Both the position numbers and the translations under genes were made by a program. The notes under the pieces are model-generated. The model was not told where the DNA came from. It did not search any database and was given only the letters and a program-made list of their open reading frames with translations. From Thermoleophilia bacterium (GTDB lineage: Bacteria > Actinomycetota > Thermoleophilia > UBA2241): a DNA stretch of 40,684 bases. The stretch's first letter is position 1. Each line of letters opens with the position of its first letter. Positions 32,384 to 40,684 of this stretch are shown in pieces. The stretch spans positions 1 to 40,684 of the forward strand of contig JBBQFA010000001.1 in assembly GCA_038321515.1 (NCBI GenBank), given 5' to 3'.

Positions 32384-32977
32384 TCACACGGCGTCGATGA
32401 CCTGACCGTTCATCTCGCCCTCGACCGCCTCGACGTAGCGCTGAGCGACCTCGGCTGCCGGCATGCCGGCGCCGGCGTCCTGGCCTATCGCCGCGAGCGT
32501 CACGCTCACCCAGCCCGGTGCGACCACGTTGATACGCACCCCACGCGGCATCTCCAGCGCCGCGGCGCGGACGAAGCCCTCGAGCGCCGACCCGGCCATG
32601 CTGATCGCCGCACCTCCAGGCGCCGGCTGGCGACTGAGCAGCCCGCTCGTGAGCGCGAACGAGCCGCCGTCCGTGATCACCCAGAGGCCCGCTCGTACTA
32701 CGTTGACCTGGCCCATGAGCTTGTTCGCAAGGCCGAGCGCGAAGTCTTCATCGGTCAGCTCGAGCAACGGCCGGAATACCACCTGTCCCGCCGCCGAGAC
32801 GACGGCGTCGAGGGTGCCGACCTCTTCGTACAATCGCCGAATAGAATCTGCATCCGCCAGGTCGACCGCCAAGGGCGCTTGCGAGCGGCTCGCGCCCACC
32901 ACTTCGTGTCGGGATCCCAGCGCGGTCGTGATCGCGCTCCCCAGCGTTCCCGTCGCACCGATCACCAGAATCTTCAT
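32384..32977 (-). CDS. short-chain dehydrogenase/reductase (small ~200-aa SDR)
   Basis: MKILVIGATGTLGSAI (TGxxxGxG-like), DAVVSAAG and RINVVAPGWV are present. Confidence 0.8.
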   Translation of the reverse strand: MKILVIGATGTLGSAITTALGSRHEVVGASRSQAPLAVDLADADSIRRLYEEVGTLDAVVSAAGQVVFRPLLELTDEDFALGLANKLMGQVNVVRAGLWVITDGGSFALTSGLLSRQPAPGGAAISMAGSALEGFVRAAALEMPRGVRINVVAPGWVSVTLAAIGQDAGAGMPAAEVAQRYVEAVEGEMNGQVIDAV

Positions 32978-33109
32978 GAGATGCCTGCTGACCCGGCTTG
33001 CTGAGGCCGCCGTCGTGGCTCACGTCTCTTCACCGTAGTGTGCGGTCATCGACTCCAGCCGAAACCAGATGCGCGTCCGTCCCGGGCGCCGGCATCCGGT
33101 CCGCGGCCG

Positions 33110-33508
33110 TCAGCCCGACTCCCACAGCGCTGCCGCGACGACCAAGGCGACGGCGGCCGGAGCGAAGTAGAGCCCGATACTGAAGCCCGCGACGATGCTG
33201 AAGGTGAGTAGCGCGATGGCGCTGATCAAGACCAGCAGGCGCCGGCGTACAAGCGCGCCGAGCAGTGCCAGGAGCGCGAATCCGATCGGCAGCGCAAGCA
33301 GAGCGATCACCCAGCGACCGTTCTCCTCGATCAGCGACGCCTGCGTCGTCGTCTCCTCGAGCCCGCCGCTCGAGCCGGCCGTGATCGAGACGCCCTGGTA
33401 GGCGGCGGGCGAGAGCGCCAGCCACAGTGCTGCCGCCAGGGCCAGAAAGACGGCCACGAGCATGATCCACGCAGAAGGGCTCCAGGGGGCACGGCGCTCG
33501 GGCGTCAC
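33110..33508 (-). CDS. small integral membrane protein (4 predicted TM)
   Basis: AAGGAGAAGG lies upstream of the GTG at 33508, which overlaps the upstream stop (GTGA). The hydrophobic segments are WIMLVAVFLALAAALWLAL, WVIALLALPIGFALLALLGAL, LLVLISAIALLTFSIVAGF and LYFAPAAVALVVAAAL. Confidence 0.6.
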   Translation of the reverse strand: MTPERRAPWSPSAWIMLVAVFLALAAALWLALSPAAYQGVSITAGSSGGLEETTTQASLIEENGRWVIALLALPIGFALLALLGALVRRRLLVLISAIALLTFSIVAGFSIGLYFAPAAVALVVAAALWESG

Positions 33509-33797
33509 GCCTTCTCCTTGTGGGCTTTCGCGGCTGCGCTTCGACACTCACGGCAGCCGCAGCCCGGCAGGTGCCGCCAGCCCCGCGCCGGCAGATGCCC
33601 GAGCTGGGTGAAGTCCTCTTCCTCGAGGGTTGCGCCGGACTGCCAGGTGACGCGGCCACCGGCGTGGTAGCGGTACTCAAAACGACCCCCGGACGCACAG
33701 CGTCGACGTCGAGTCGCTTGACCCGGGTGAGCGTGAGGTCCTGTTGCTCGTCGGCCGCCTCGCCGGGGAGCCTGCTCCAGGGTTCGCTTGCCGCCAT
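33505..33797 (-). pseudogene. small ORF interrupted by a single-nucleotide frameshift
   Basis: - The 5' frame reads MAASEPWSRLPGEAADEQQDLTLTRVKRLDVDAVRPGVV.
- The 3' frame, shifted by -1, reads FEYRYHAGGRVTWQSGATLEEEDFTQLGHLPARGWRHLPGCGCRECRSAAAKAHKEKA.
- Each segment has high third-position GC only in its own frame.
- The junction is at the GGGGG/TTTT runs (33679-33690).
- The total length is 293 nt, one short of a multiple of three. Confidence 0.5.
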
Positions 33798-34004
33798 GAC
33801 GACCGCCTGCCGTTCACGCGGCGGGCGAGCCGCGTGCGCGGCGCTGCTCCCGTTTGCCAGATACCGCAGGTGCGGGCGAAGTGAACGCCGTCTCCGGCCG
33901 ACCGCAACGCGACAGGTCTTGATGACGTGTCCGGCCGCGAGACGTAGGCCCCGTGCAGGCGCTTTGCAGCCCGCTCCGACGCGGGGCCGACGCGGGCCGA
34001 CGCC

Positions 34005-35768
34005 TCACTTCCCTCCGGGCACAGCCCAGAGGTAGGTATCGAGGCGCTTGACGCTGACAGCCAGTCCCGCGGCGTGACACGCCTCGTAGAGGCGAAAGCA
34101 GCGCACGCAGAAGTCCCAGTATTCATCGTCGGCGCCGGATGGCTGCTCGAATGGAATCTCGTGGGAGTCCCAGTGCACGAGCCTGATGAGCCGGGCCGCG
34201 GCGTAGCTGTCGTAGATAGGCACGACGGGGCAGTGGAAATGCAGGTACTTGGCGGCGAAGGAGCGCGGCGCCTTGCCGTCTGTGGCCACCTTCTGCAGGA
34301 GTGACATGAGCCGGCCGTGCGCGGCCACGACCTGCACCATGTCGTCGGCCGCAAGAGGCTCCTGCAATGGCGCGAGGCGGCCGACGATGTCGTCGATCTC
34401 CGCAGCGTGAGCGAGCATGAAGTCGGCGATCACGGTGATGGCCTGCTTGCCTGCCGGCGGCGTCACCCGGCGCTCGAATCCGGCCGAGTAGACGCGATCG
34501 ATGAGCGCCACTTTGGCCGTCACGTCGCGGCGCACGGCGTGATCGGCGTGTTTGCGACAGAGTTCGTAGAGCACCTCGTCGACGCCGCCCCAGTCGGCGT
34601 CGAACGCGGCGGCGGCGCTCTCGAGCTGCACGGCAGAGGGGAGCGGCACCGCCGGCGCACCCGCCATGCGCCCGCCGAGCAGCGTCGTCATCTGCGTGCC
34701 GCCTTGCGCTCGTTCGTCGCGCGCCGCCATCATGCGCGAGACTCCTCGCTCTCTCGTCCAGGCCGCCTGGATTGCAGCGTAGAGCGGCCTGCCCCTGCTC
34801 TGCAACTCCTCGTCGGGCTCCCATCCGGGCGACTGCTCGGCGTTGTGTACCCAGCGCTGCAGCCAAAAGAGGGCGCAGCGCAGGTCGGCGAAGCTGCTCG
34901 CAAAGCGCCCCCCTGCCTCACGGCGCTGCCAGACCTCCTCGGCCACGTCGGCGCACGCGCGGTGACGGACGAGCTCGGCGTAGCGGTGACCGTCGAACGC
35001 CTGGCCGTACTCGCCGAGGATGCGGCGCCAGTCGGTGAGGGTTGGGTCCGGTGCGCGCCAGAGGTCATCGAGGCCGCCCAGGACAACTGCGCGCAGCTCG
35101 CGCAGGCGCGTGCGCAGCGGGCTCGGCGGCATGTGCTCGATGTTGAGCGGTGGCTGCAGAACCTTGACGACGTCTTTCTCGAGCCGGGAGAGACCGTCTC
35201 CTGAGTCGACCGCGAAGACGGCGATCGAGAGGTGCAGCCGCATCCAGGCAGTGAGCCGCTCCTCCGAATCGGCGACGAGAAGTCGCGGGCCAACGAGGAC
35301 AAGCTCCAGCGGTGCGAGCAGGATCGACGCCAGGGTGCGACGCAGCGTCGAACTACAGACCCTGCCGCCGAGGTGATTGCTCCCGACGCGCGAGCGCAGC
35401 GTGGACGCGCTGGAAACCCCGGCGCGTGACGAGGCGGCGCCGGCCTGACCGAGGTAGACACGGCCGGCTGGCAGCTCGATCTGAAGTCCCCGGCTCAGGT
35501 CGGCTGCCCCGGCGCCATCGACCCACCAAGCGTACAGCCCTGGCGCATCGAGACCAGCGAGCAAACCGGGCCACTCGGCAGCCGACACGCAGAATGGCCG
35601 CTCATCCAGTGCGGCAAGAGCGTGAGAGACAGACGTCAAGGCACGCTCACGCCTTCTGGCTGGTCGGTGCCGCTTTCGAACGGACCTGCGCGCAAGCTGA
35701 GACCTGTCTCTTTTGGTTTTCGCCGAAGACCCGCTCAGGCTAGCAACGCGCTGGGACAGAAGCCACAT
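34005..35768 (-). CDS. large multidomain protein: GIY-YIG-like N-terminal domain + two uncharacterised domains
   Basis: - GIY-YIG-like motifs: PGLYAWWVD...GRVYLGQAG...STLRSRVGSNHLGG...STLRRTLASILL...LEKDVVKVLQPPLN.
- Middle domain: ...FADLRCALFWLQRWVHN...
- C-terminal domain: ...VALIDRVYSAGFERR...SFAAKYLHFHCPVVPIYDSYAA...
- The start is uncertain: ATG at 35768 or TTG at 35639. The ORF-track start at 35990 adds an Arg-rich, non-protein-like extension. Confidence 0.6.
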   Translation of the reverse strand: MWLLSQRVASLSGSSAKTKRDRSQLARRSVRKRHRPARRRERALTSVSHALAALDERPFCVSAAEWPGLLAGLDAPGLYAWWVDGAGAADLSRGLQIELPAGRVYLGQAGAASSRAGVSSASTLRSRVGSNHLGGRVCSSTLRRTLASILLAPLELVLVGPRLLVADSEERLTAWMRLHLSIAVFAVDSGDGLSRLEKDVVKVLQPPLNIEHMPPSPLRTRLRELRAVVLGGLDDLWRAPDPTLTDWRRILGEYGQAFDGHRYAELVRHRACADVAEEVWQRREAGGRFASSFADLRCALFWLQRWVHNAEQSPGWEPDEELQSRGRPLYAAIQAAWTRERGVSRMMAARDERAQGGTQMTTLLGGRMAGAPAVPLPSAVQLESAAAAFDADWGGVDEVLYELCRKHADHAVRRDVTAKVALIDRVYSAGFERRVTPPAGKQAITVIADFMLAHAAEIDDIVGRLAPLQEPLAADDMVQVVAAHGRLMSLLQKVATDGKAPRSFAAKYLHFHCPVVPIYDSYAAARLIRLVHWDSHEIPFEQPSGADDEYWDFCVRCFRLYEACHAAGLAVSVKRLDTYLWAVPGGK

Positions 35769-36209
35769 GAGCGGTCTATCTCGGACATCCGTCGAACCCA
35801 CGGGGACGCACAGGTCTTGAGAACGTGTCGAGCCCACGGAATAGCGCCACGTGCAGGCCTCTGGCGAGCGAGGCGACGCGATGCCGACGCCGGTAGCGAC
35901 ATGTCGACGCTGAGCATCGCACGGTGCGCGTAGGCGATGTCGCCGACCGTGGGTCACGCCTTGCTCAGCCGCCCATGCCAGCTGTCTCACCCGTAGACGA
36001 CGCTCAGCACGAGCGCATACAAAACGACGGCGCAGTGGTGGTCTTTCACGGCCGCCTCACGCCCGCTGCATGGCCGCTCGCGCTGACGCCACGTTCCCTC
36101 CCGCCAGCCGCCGGCGAGACGCCGCTCGCAGCCTCCGAGAGGAGTGACTGCACCTGAGGGACGGGTGCCGGGCCGAGGAGCCACTCCGCGCGCACAGACG
36201 TGGAGGCCG

Positions 36210-37661
36210 TCAGTCCAGCAGGTGCGCCTTGATGAGGTTGGTCTTGCCGGTCTGCTCGGTCTGTAGCCCGGCGGTGATCACCACCACCTGCCCCGGCTGC
36301 GCGAAGCTGTTGGCGAGGACGAGGTAATGCGCTTCGCGCACGACGTCCTCGAAGCTGCCCCAATGCCCGCCGAGGAGAGGAGAGACCCCCAAGCAGAGGG
36401 CGAGCTGGTTGACGACGCGCCGGTTGGGGCTGACCGCGACGATGGGCTGAGCAGGCAGGTTGCGGGCGACGGCGCGCGCAGTCGCGCCGGAGAAGGTGGC
36501 CGTGACGATGGCCGCCGCGCCAACACGGTCCGCGACCTCGCAGGCGCCGTGACTGATCGCGGTGGAGACGCCGGTGCGACCCTGGGCCCAGGGCTGCGGG
36601 GCGCGGCCCTCGCGCTCGATGTCGGCCTCGACCACGAGCGCGATCTTGGCCATCATGCGCACCGCCTCCACTGGGAATCTGCCGATAGCGGTCTCGCCCG
36701 AGAGCATGATCGCGCTGGTCGCGTCGTAGATGGCGTTGGCGACGTCGCTTGCCTCCGCGCGTGTCGGTCGCGGAGCGTCGACCATCGACTGCAGCATCTG
36801 CGTCGCCGTGATCACCGGCTTGCCGGCGACGATGGCCGCATGGATGATGCGCTTCTGCCAGACCGGCACCATGGCCGCGTCGATCTCGACGCCGAGGTCG
36901 CCGCGCGCCACCATGACCGCGTCAGCCACCGCGATGATCTCCTCATGGGCGACCAGCGCCTCCTTCTTCTCGATCTTGGCGACCACGAGCTGGTCGCCGC
37001 CGGCCGCGGCGATGAGCTCCTTGAGCTCACGCACATCGTCGGCACTCCGCACGAACGAGAGTGCGACGTAGTCGACGTCCTGCCGGAGGCCCCAGGCGAG
37101 GAGCTCGCGGTCGGCGGCCGTGAGAGCGCCGATCGGCAGCCGCGTGTCCGGCAGATTCACGCCCTTGCGCGACTGGATCGTGCCGTCGTTGAGCACCTCG
37201 AGCGTGACGGCGCACGGGGAGACGGCGCTCACCCGCAGGGCGACGGCGCCGTCATCGATCAGCACCAGTTCGCCGGGGGTAAAGTGCGACAGAAGTTTCG
37301 GGAAGTTGACGGGCAGCTGAGCAGCCGGCGGCGTACCAAGCACGACAGCGTCGCCTGCCTTGACCTCGAGCGGCCGTGGCAGGTCTCCCAGCCGAAGCTT
37401 GGGTCCAGGGAGGTCGATGAGGACCGCGAGTGCCATGCCGCGCTCGGCCGCGATACGGCGCACCGCGGCGATGGACTCGGAGTGCTCCGCGGTGCTCCCA
37501 TGCGAGAGGTTGATGCGCGCCACGTCCATGCCGGCCTCGAGCAGCTGCCCGAGCACGCGCTCGTCTCGTGACACGGGGCCCAGCGTGGCGACGATCTTCG
37601 TGCGCCGTCTCGTCAGCGGCGCCGCCGATCTGTCGTCGCCCTCGAGCGTTGCTTTCATCAT
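36210..37661 (-). CDS. pyk: pyruvate kinase
   Basis: RRTKIVATLGPVS, MDVARINLSHGS, KIEKKEAL, VMVARGDLGVEI and ATQMLQSM are present. The start is ATGATG at 37661, preceded by GAGGGAAG. Confidence 0.93.
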   Translation of the reverse strand: MMKATLEGDDRSAAPLTRRRTKIVATLGPVSRDERVLGQLLEAGMDVARINLSHGSTAEHSESIAAVRRIAAERGMALAVLIDLPGPKLRLGDLPRPLEVKAGDAVVLGTPPAAQLPVNFPKLLSHFTPGELVLIDDGAVALRVSAVSPCAVTLEVLNDGTIQSRKGVNLPDTRLPIGALTAADRELLAWGLRQDVDYVALSFVRSADDVRELKELIAAAGGDQLVVAKIEKKEALVAHEEIIAVADAVMVARGDLGVEIDAAMVPVWQKRIIHAAIVAGKPVITATQMLQSMVDAPRPTRAEASDVANAIYDATSAIMLSGETAIGRFPVEAVRMMAKIALVVEADIEREGRAPQPWAQGRTGVSTAISHGACEVADRVGAAAIVTATFSGATARAVARNLPAQPIVAVSPNRRVVNQLALCLGVSPLLGGHWGSFEDVVREAHYLVLANSFAQPGQVVVITAGLQTEQTGKTNLIKAHLLD

Positions 37662-38356
37662 TCCTACTTCCCTCGTCTCGCCCAACGACAGATGTTCGCC
37701 CTGTGAAGTTAGCCGCTGGTTAGCCTACGCGCTTGTGATTGCGCAGTGCGAACCGCCCCGAGCTCTACCGAGGCTCCGTCTCATGGGAGGTCGACGCGAG
37801 GCTGATGACGGTGCGCACCGGTTACGTAGACGTGTTCGGCCCATGGAAGTGCGTCAGGTGCAGCCCATCTGTCCAGCCGCCGCCACGATGCCGACCAGTG
37901 CGCGAGTACACCTGGCCAGAACGCCCCAGCCAAGCAGGGACCGGCGAGCGCAACCCGGCGGCGCAGCGTCAGGCGGGCAGCCTTCACACCGGCCGACAAT
38001 AGGTTCACGCCTACTTCACATCGTCGCGCCAAGGTGAACGCTCGGAGTCAAGCACGGTCGAAGCCGACAGCGCGTGACAGGAGATCCCCAGGAAGCTTGA
38101 CGCCATGCAGACGCCAACACCGATCCTTGACGGCGCGCTCATCACCTCCTTACCGAGTCGTGGGAGCCTCTTCGGGCGGCTGTTGTGCGCCCAACGGCGT
38201 TGGTGGCACCCGATGTCCCGTCGCCTGTCAGCCGGCCTTCGGGCCGTCCACGACCGGCCTTGACGATGATGCCGCCTGAGACCAGCTTGCCAGAGGGGGC
38301 CGGACCAGGACTGCGTTCCCGTTCCCGCCGCCAACGATCAATCTCGGGAGTGAAAT

Positions 38357-39292
38357 ATGGACCATGAAGGTGACGTCCAAGCGCCAAGCGGACGCGGCCT
38401 CGTCGTCGAACGCCGCCTGGATCATCGCGGGCGCGGCAGCGATGTGCCTCCTCAGCCGCGGCTGGAGCAGAGCGACGCCAGGAACGGATGCGTCCTGCCC
38501 GGCGACTACCACGTCCACACCACGTACTCGGACGGCAGCGGCAGCGTGGCTGAGTGCATCGAGCACGCCATCGCCGTGGGGCTGCCCGAGATCGGCATCG
38601 CCGACCATGTGTCATCGGTGCAGCCGACGCCGTGGGAGATGCCCACCATCCCCTTCGCACGGCTCGAGCGCTATGTCGCGGAGGTGCGCGACGCCGCCAG
38701 ACGCTACGACGAGATCACCGTGCTCCTCGGAATCGAGGCCGACTACGTGCCGGAGCATGAGGAACAGTTGCGCACGCTGCTCGAGGCTTGGCCGTTCGAC
38801 TACGTCATCGGCGGCGTGCACATGGCCGACGGCTTTGATTTCAACGACCCTGCCAGGCGCCATGACCCCTGCTGGTCAGACGCCGACGCTCTCTTTGCCG
38901 CCTACTACGGGACGGTGCGCCGGGCCGCGGAGTCCGGGGCCTTCGACGTCATCGCGCATCTTGACTACATCGGTCTCTGGGGGCACACGCCCGGTCCGGC
39001 CGTGTGTTCCGCCATCGACTCGTCCCTCGACGCAATCGCCGCTTCGGGCGCCGCCATCGAGCTGAACACGGACCGGATCAGCGACCCGGCCGGCGTCATG
39101 TATCCCTCCGACGAGTTGCTGAGTGCTGCGAGTCGCCGGAGGATCCCACTCGTCATCAGTTCGGACGCCCACGCGGCGCAGCAGGTTGGCCAGCTGTGGA
39201 GTGAGGCGCTGGAGCGAGCCATCAGGGCCGGTTATGGGGAAGCTCTTCGCCTCTCGGACCGCACGGTGGTGCCGCTGCCACAGGAGACGTAG
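38357..39292 (+). CDS. PHP-family phosphoesterase (HisJ/YtvP-type histidinol-phosphatase-like)
   Basis: DYHVHTTYSDGSGS, IGIADHV, LGIEADY, GGVHM, AHLDY and SSDAH form the PHP metal-ligand pattern. The true start may be the GTG at 38444, because the first ~45 codons are not protein-like. Confidence 0.75.
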   Translation: MDHEGDVQAPSGRGLVVERRLDHRGRGSDVPPQPRLEQSDARNGCVLPGDYHVHTTYSDGSGSVAECIEHAIAVGLPEIGIADHVSSVQPTPWEMPTIPFARLERYVAEVRDAARRYDEITVLLGIEADYVPEHEEQLRTLLEAWPFDYVIGGVHMADGFDFNDPARRHDPCWSDADALFAAYYGTVRRAAESGAFDVIAHLDYIGLWGHTPGPAVCSAIDSSLDAIAASGAAIELNTDRISDPAGVMYPSDELLSAASRRRIPLVISSDAHAAQQVGQLWSEALERAIRAGYGEALRLSDRTVVPLPQET

Positions 39293-39310
39293 CGCGTGAC
39301 CACCGGCGGT

Positions 39311-39976
39311 CTACAGAAGCTGCAGAGCGTAGATCCCGCTCAGGACGAGCGCGTACAGGATCACAGCGTAGTACCAGCGTCCGCCGAGCTTGGGCGTCTC
39401 GATCGGAGCGACGTTGAGCGCGGCCAGCACCATGAGGGCGACGTAAAGGACGATGGCGAAGACCGTCGCCCCGACAGCCGGCTCGAAGACGAAGAGGAGC
39501 GCCAGGACCAGGACATTGGTGTCGAGTGGCAGCCCACGGTAGGTCCCGGCGTCGACCAGCCCGAAGACGTTGAAGTAGCTCAGCCGGATGACCCCTGTGG
39601 CGAGGATGACGAAGGCGCCGGGGATGAACCAGGGGCTGAAGCGCCCGACGCTCAGCAGCAGCAGAGCGGGCGCCACGCTGAAGCTGACGACGTCGATGAG
39701 CGAGTCGAGCTGCGCGCCGAAGGCCCTCTGGTCCGCTGTACGTCCCGTCATGCGCCGCGCGATGAGGCCGTCGCTCCAGTCAAAGACGACCGCCCAGAGC
39801 AGCGCCGCCATGGCCGCCGGGTAGACGCCGCGGATCGCGAAGTAAAGGCCGAGCGCCGCGGCCAGCAGCCCGGCCAGCGAGCAGACGTTGGGCAGGTCGC
39901 GGGCGAACGCCAGCATAGGCCCGGGACCTGTCGGCGGCGGCGCGGCGCCCGGGCTCACGCGATCGCTCCCGCTCAC
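39311..39976 (-). CDS. CDP-alcohol phosphatidyltransferase (PssA-like signature)
   Basis: The motif D-x2-DG-x2-AR-x8-G-x3-D-x3-D is present as FDWSDGLIARRMTGRTADQRAFGAQLDSLIDVVSFSVAPALLL. The protein is polytopic. Its GTG start overlaps the upstream stop (GTGA at 39973-39976). Confidence 0.85.
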   Translation of the reverse strand: MSGSDRVSPGAAPPPTGPGPMLAFARDLPNVCSLAGLLAAALGLYFAIRGVYPAAMAALLWAVVFDWSDGLIARRMTGRTADQRAFGAQLDSLIDVVSFSVAPALLLLSVGRFSPWFIPGAFVILATGVIRLSYFNVFGLVDAGTYRGLPLDTNVLVLALLFVFEPAVGATVFAIVLYVALMVLAALNVAPIETPKLGGRWYYAVILYALVLSGIYALQLL

Positions 39977-40684
39977 ACTGTCGCTCCCGCTGGCCTGACC
40001 GCCCCGAAGCTGAAGACGCGCCCCGGTCCTTCCACGGCGTGCAGGCGCCTCGGGAAGACCAGCTCGGCCGCGTCCAGATCGGCCAGCGTGTCGATCTCGT
40101 ACCAGCGGTCAGCAGGGAAGATCACCGCCGCTGGAGCCATGCTTCCGGCGGCGGCCATCTCCTCGAAGACGGACTCGTAGAAGACGCCGGTCTGGCCGGC
40201 CGCGACGTGGCGATCAAGACGCTCGCAGACTTCACCCCAGGTGTCGCATGCGAGGCTGCAGATGTTGATCGCCATGAAGTGGCCGGCGTCGGTGCAGTGC
40301 TGGCCGTAGACGCCCGGCGGCGGCGGATAGAAGGCGTCGACGTTGCCCTCCCCGTCGAGCGTGACCGTGGTGCCGCCCATCCAGGGCAGCTGCCTCGAGA
40401 CGGCGATCCGCCCGGGCTGCAAGAGCGGCTCCAGTAGCTGCTCATCGAAGACGACATCGCTCTCGACGAGCAGGAACGGTTCGTCGATCAGCTGGCGCGC
40501 GAGCCACAGCGAGTAGATGTTGTTGGTGGTCTCGAACAGCGGACTGACGAGGTACTCGATGGCGATGCCGCCGAAGCTCTCGCCGAGGTAGGCGCGGATC
40601 GTCTCGGCCTTGTAGCCGATGACGATGACCAGACGCTCGAACCCGTGAGCGTCGAGGGCGCGAACCAGGCGCTCGAGGATCGGC
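39973..40684 (-). CDS. LicC-like nucleotidyl(cytidylyl)transferase, 5' end outside the window
   Basis: The ORF is open to the window edge. It reads ...LVIVIGYKAETIRAYLGESFGGIAIEYLVSPLFETTNNIYSLWLARQLIDEPFLLVESDVVF...WYEIDTLADLDAAE. It resembles the choline-phosphate cytidylyltransferase LicC family in NNFYSLYL and YEID..D motifs. Confidence 0.75.
   Translation of the reverse strand, partial: PILERLVRALDAHGFERLVIVIGYKAETIRAYLGESFGGIAIEYLVSPLFETTNNIYSLWLARQLIDEPFLLVESDVVFDEQLLEPLLQPGRIAVSRQLPWMGGTTVTLDGEGNVDAFYPPPPGVYGQHCTDAGHFMAINICSLACDTWGEVCERLDRHVAAGQTGVFYESVFEEMAAAGSMAPAAVIFPADRWYEIDTLADLDAAELVFPRRLHAVEGPGRVFSFGAVRPAGATV

Noticed and set aside
35769-35990. The extension of the GIY-YIG-like ORF to the track start at 35990.
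   Set aside because: The extra 74 codons are Arg/Cys/Ser-rich, have lower third-position GC, and precede the first recognisable domain by >130 residues. I could not decide firmly between ATG 35768 and TTG 35639.
36327-37571. A 414-aa plus-strand ORF.
   Set aside because: It is antisense to pyruvate kinase, whose frame carries all diagnostic motifs.
1-40684. A search for CRISPR arrays, rRNA, tRNA and long tandem repeats.
   Set aside because: I saw no regularly spaced direct repeats and no rRNA- or tRNA-like conserved strings. The only tandem repeats are short in-frame PT/PS-coding hexamers.

Overview
This is a very GC-rich 40.7-kb window whose gene content looks like a high-GC Gram-positive organism, probably Actinomycetota. 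The phylum call is inference only. The region looks accessory and heavily rearranged.

**Left part (2-17.6 kb): island of secreted cell-envelope enzymes.**
- A 1084-aa amidase/SpoIID fusion.
- A CAP-domain protein.
- A clan GH-A glycosidase.
- A papain-like peptidase.
- An SLH-NlpC/P60 endopeptidase.
- Two intact copies plus one decayed copy of an uncharacterised SGNH-like family.

**Middle part.**
- An exported protein with 11 CxxCH motifs, read as a multihaem cytochrome c.
- A CAP-gene remnant.
- A bidomain sucrose-phosphate synthase/phosphatase.
- An intact rve-type insertion sequence (IS).
- A tightly coupled five-gene operon of uncharacterised small proteins: two zinc-finger proteins, one membrane protein and two unknowns.
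- A degraded IS481 copy.
- A four-gene sugar ABC operon whose first permease carries a large extracytoplasmic insertion.

**Right part.**
- A second copy of the zinc-ribbon gene.
- Housekeeping-like genes: F420/NADP reductase-like, SDR, pyruvate kinase, PHP phosphatase, and a LicC-like cytidylyltransferase coupled to a CDP-alcohol phosphatidyltransferase.
- These are interrupted by a ~590-aa GIY-YIG-like multidomain ORF.

**Signs of rearrangement.** I found four IS elements or remnants: an IS110 fragment, an IS1595 copy with an 8-bp target duplication, an intact rve-type IS, and an IS481 remnant. There are also two paralogue remnants and one frameshifted small gene. I saw no rRNA, tRNA or CRISPR array.

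**Best candidates for an undescribed system:**
- The IS-bracketed five-gene operon at 22656-24909, together with its partial second copy at 30734-31247.
- The GIY-YIG-like fusion ORF at 34005-35768.
- The stand-alone multihaem cytochrome at 17862-18872.
- The SGNH-like/peptidoglycan-hydrolase island.

All family assignments come from motifs read by eye. No database search was run.
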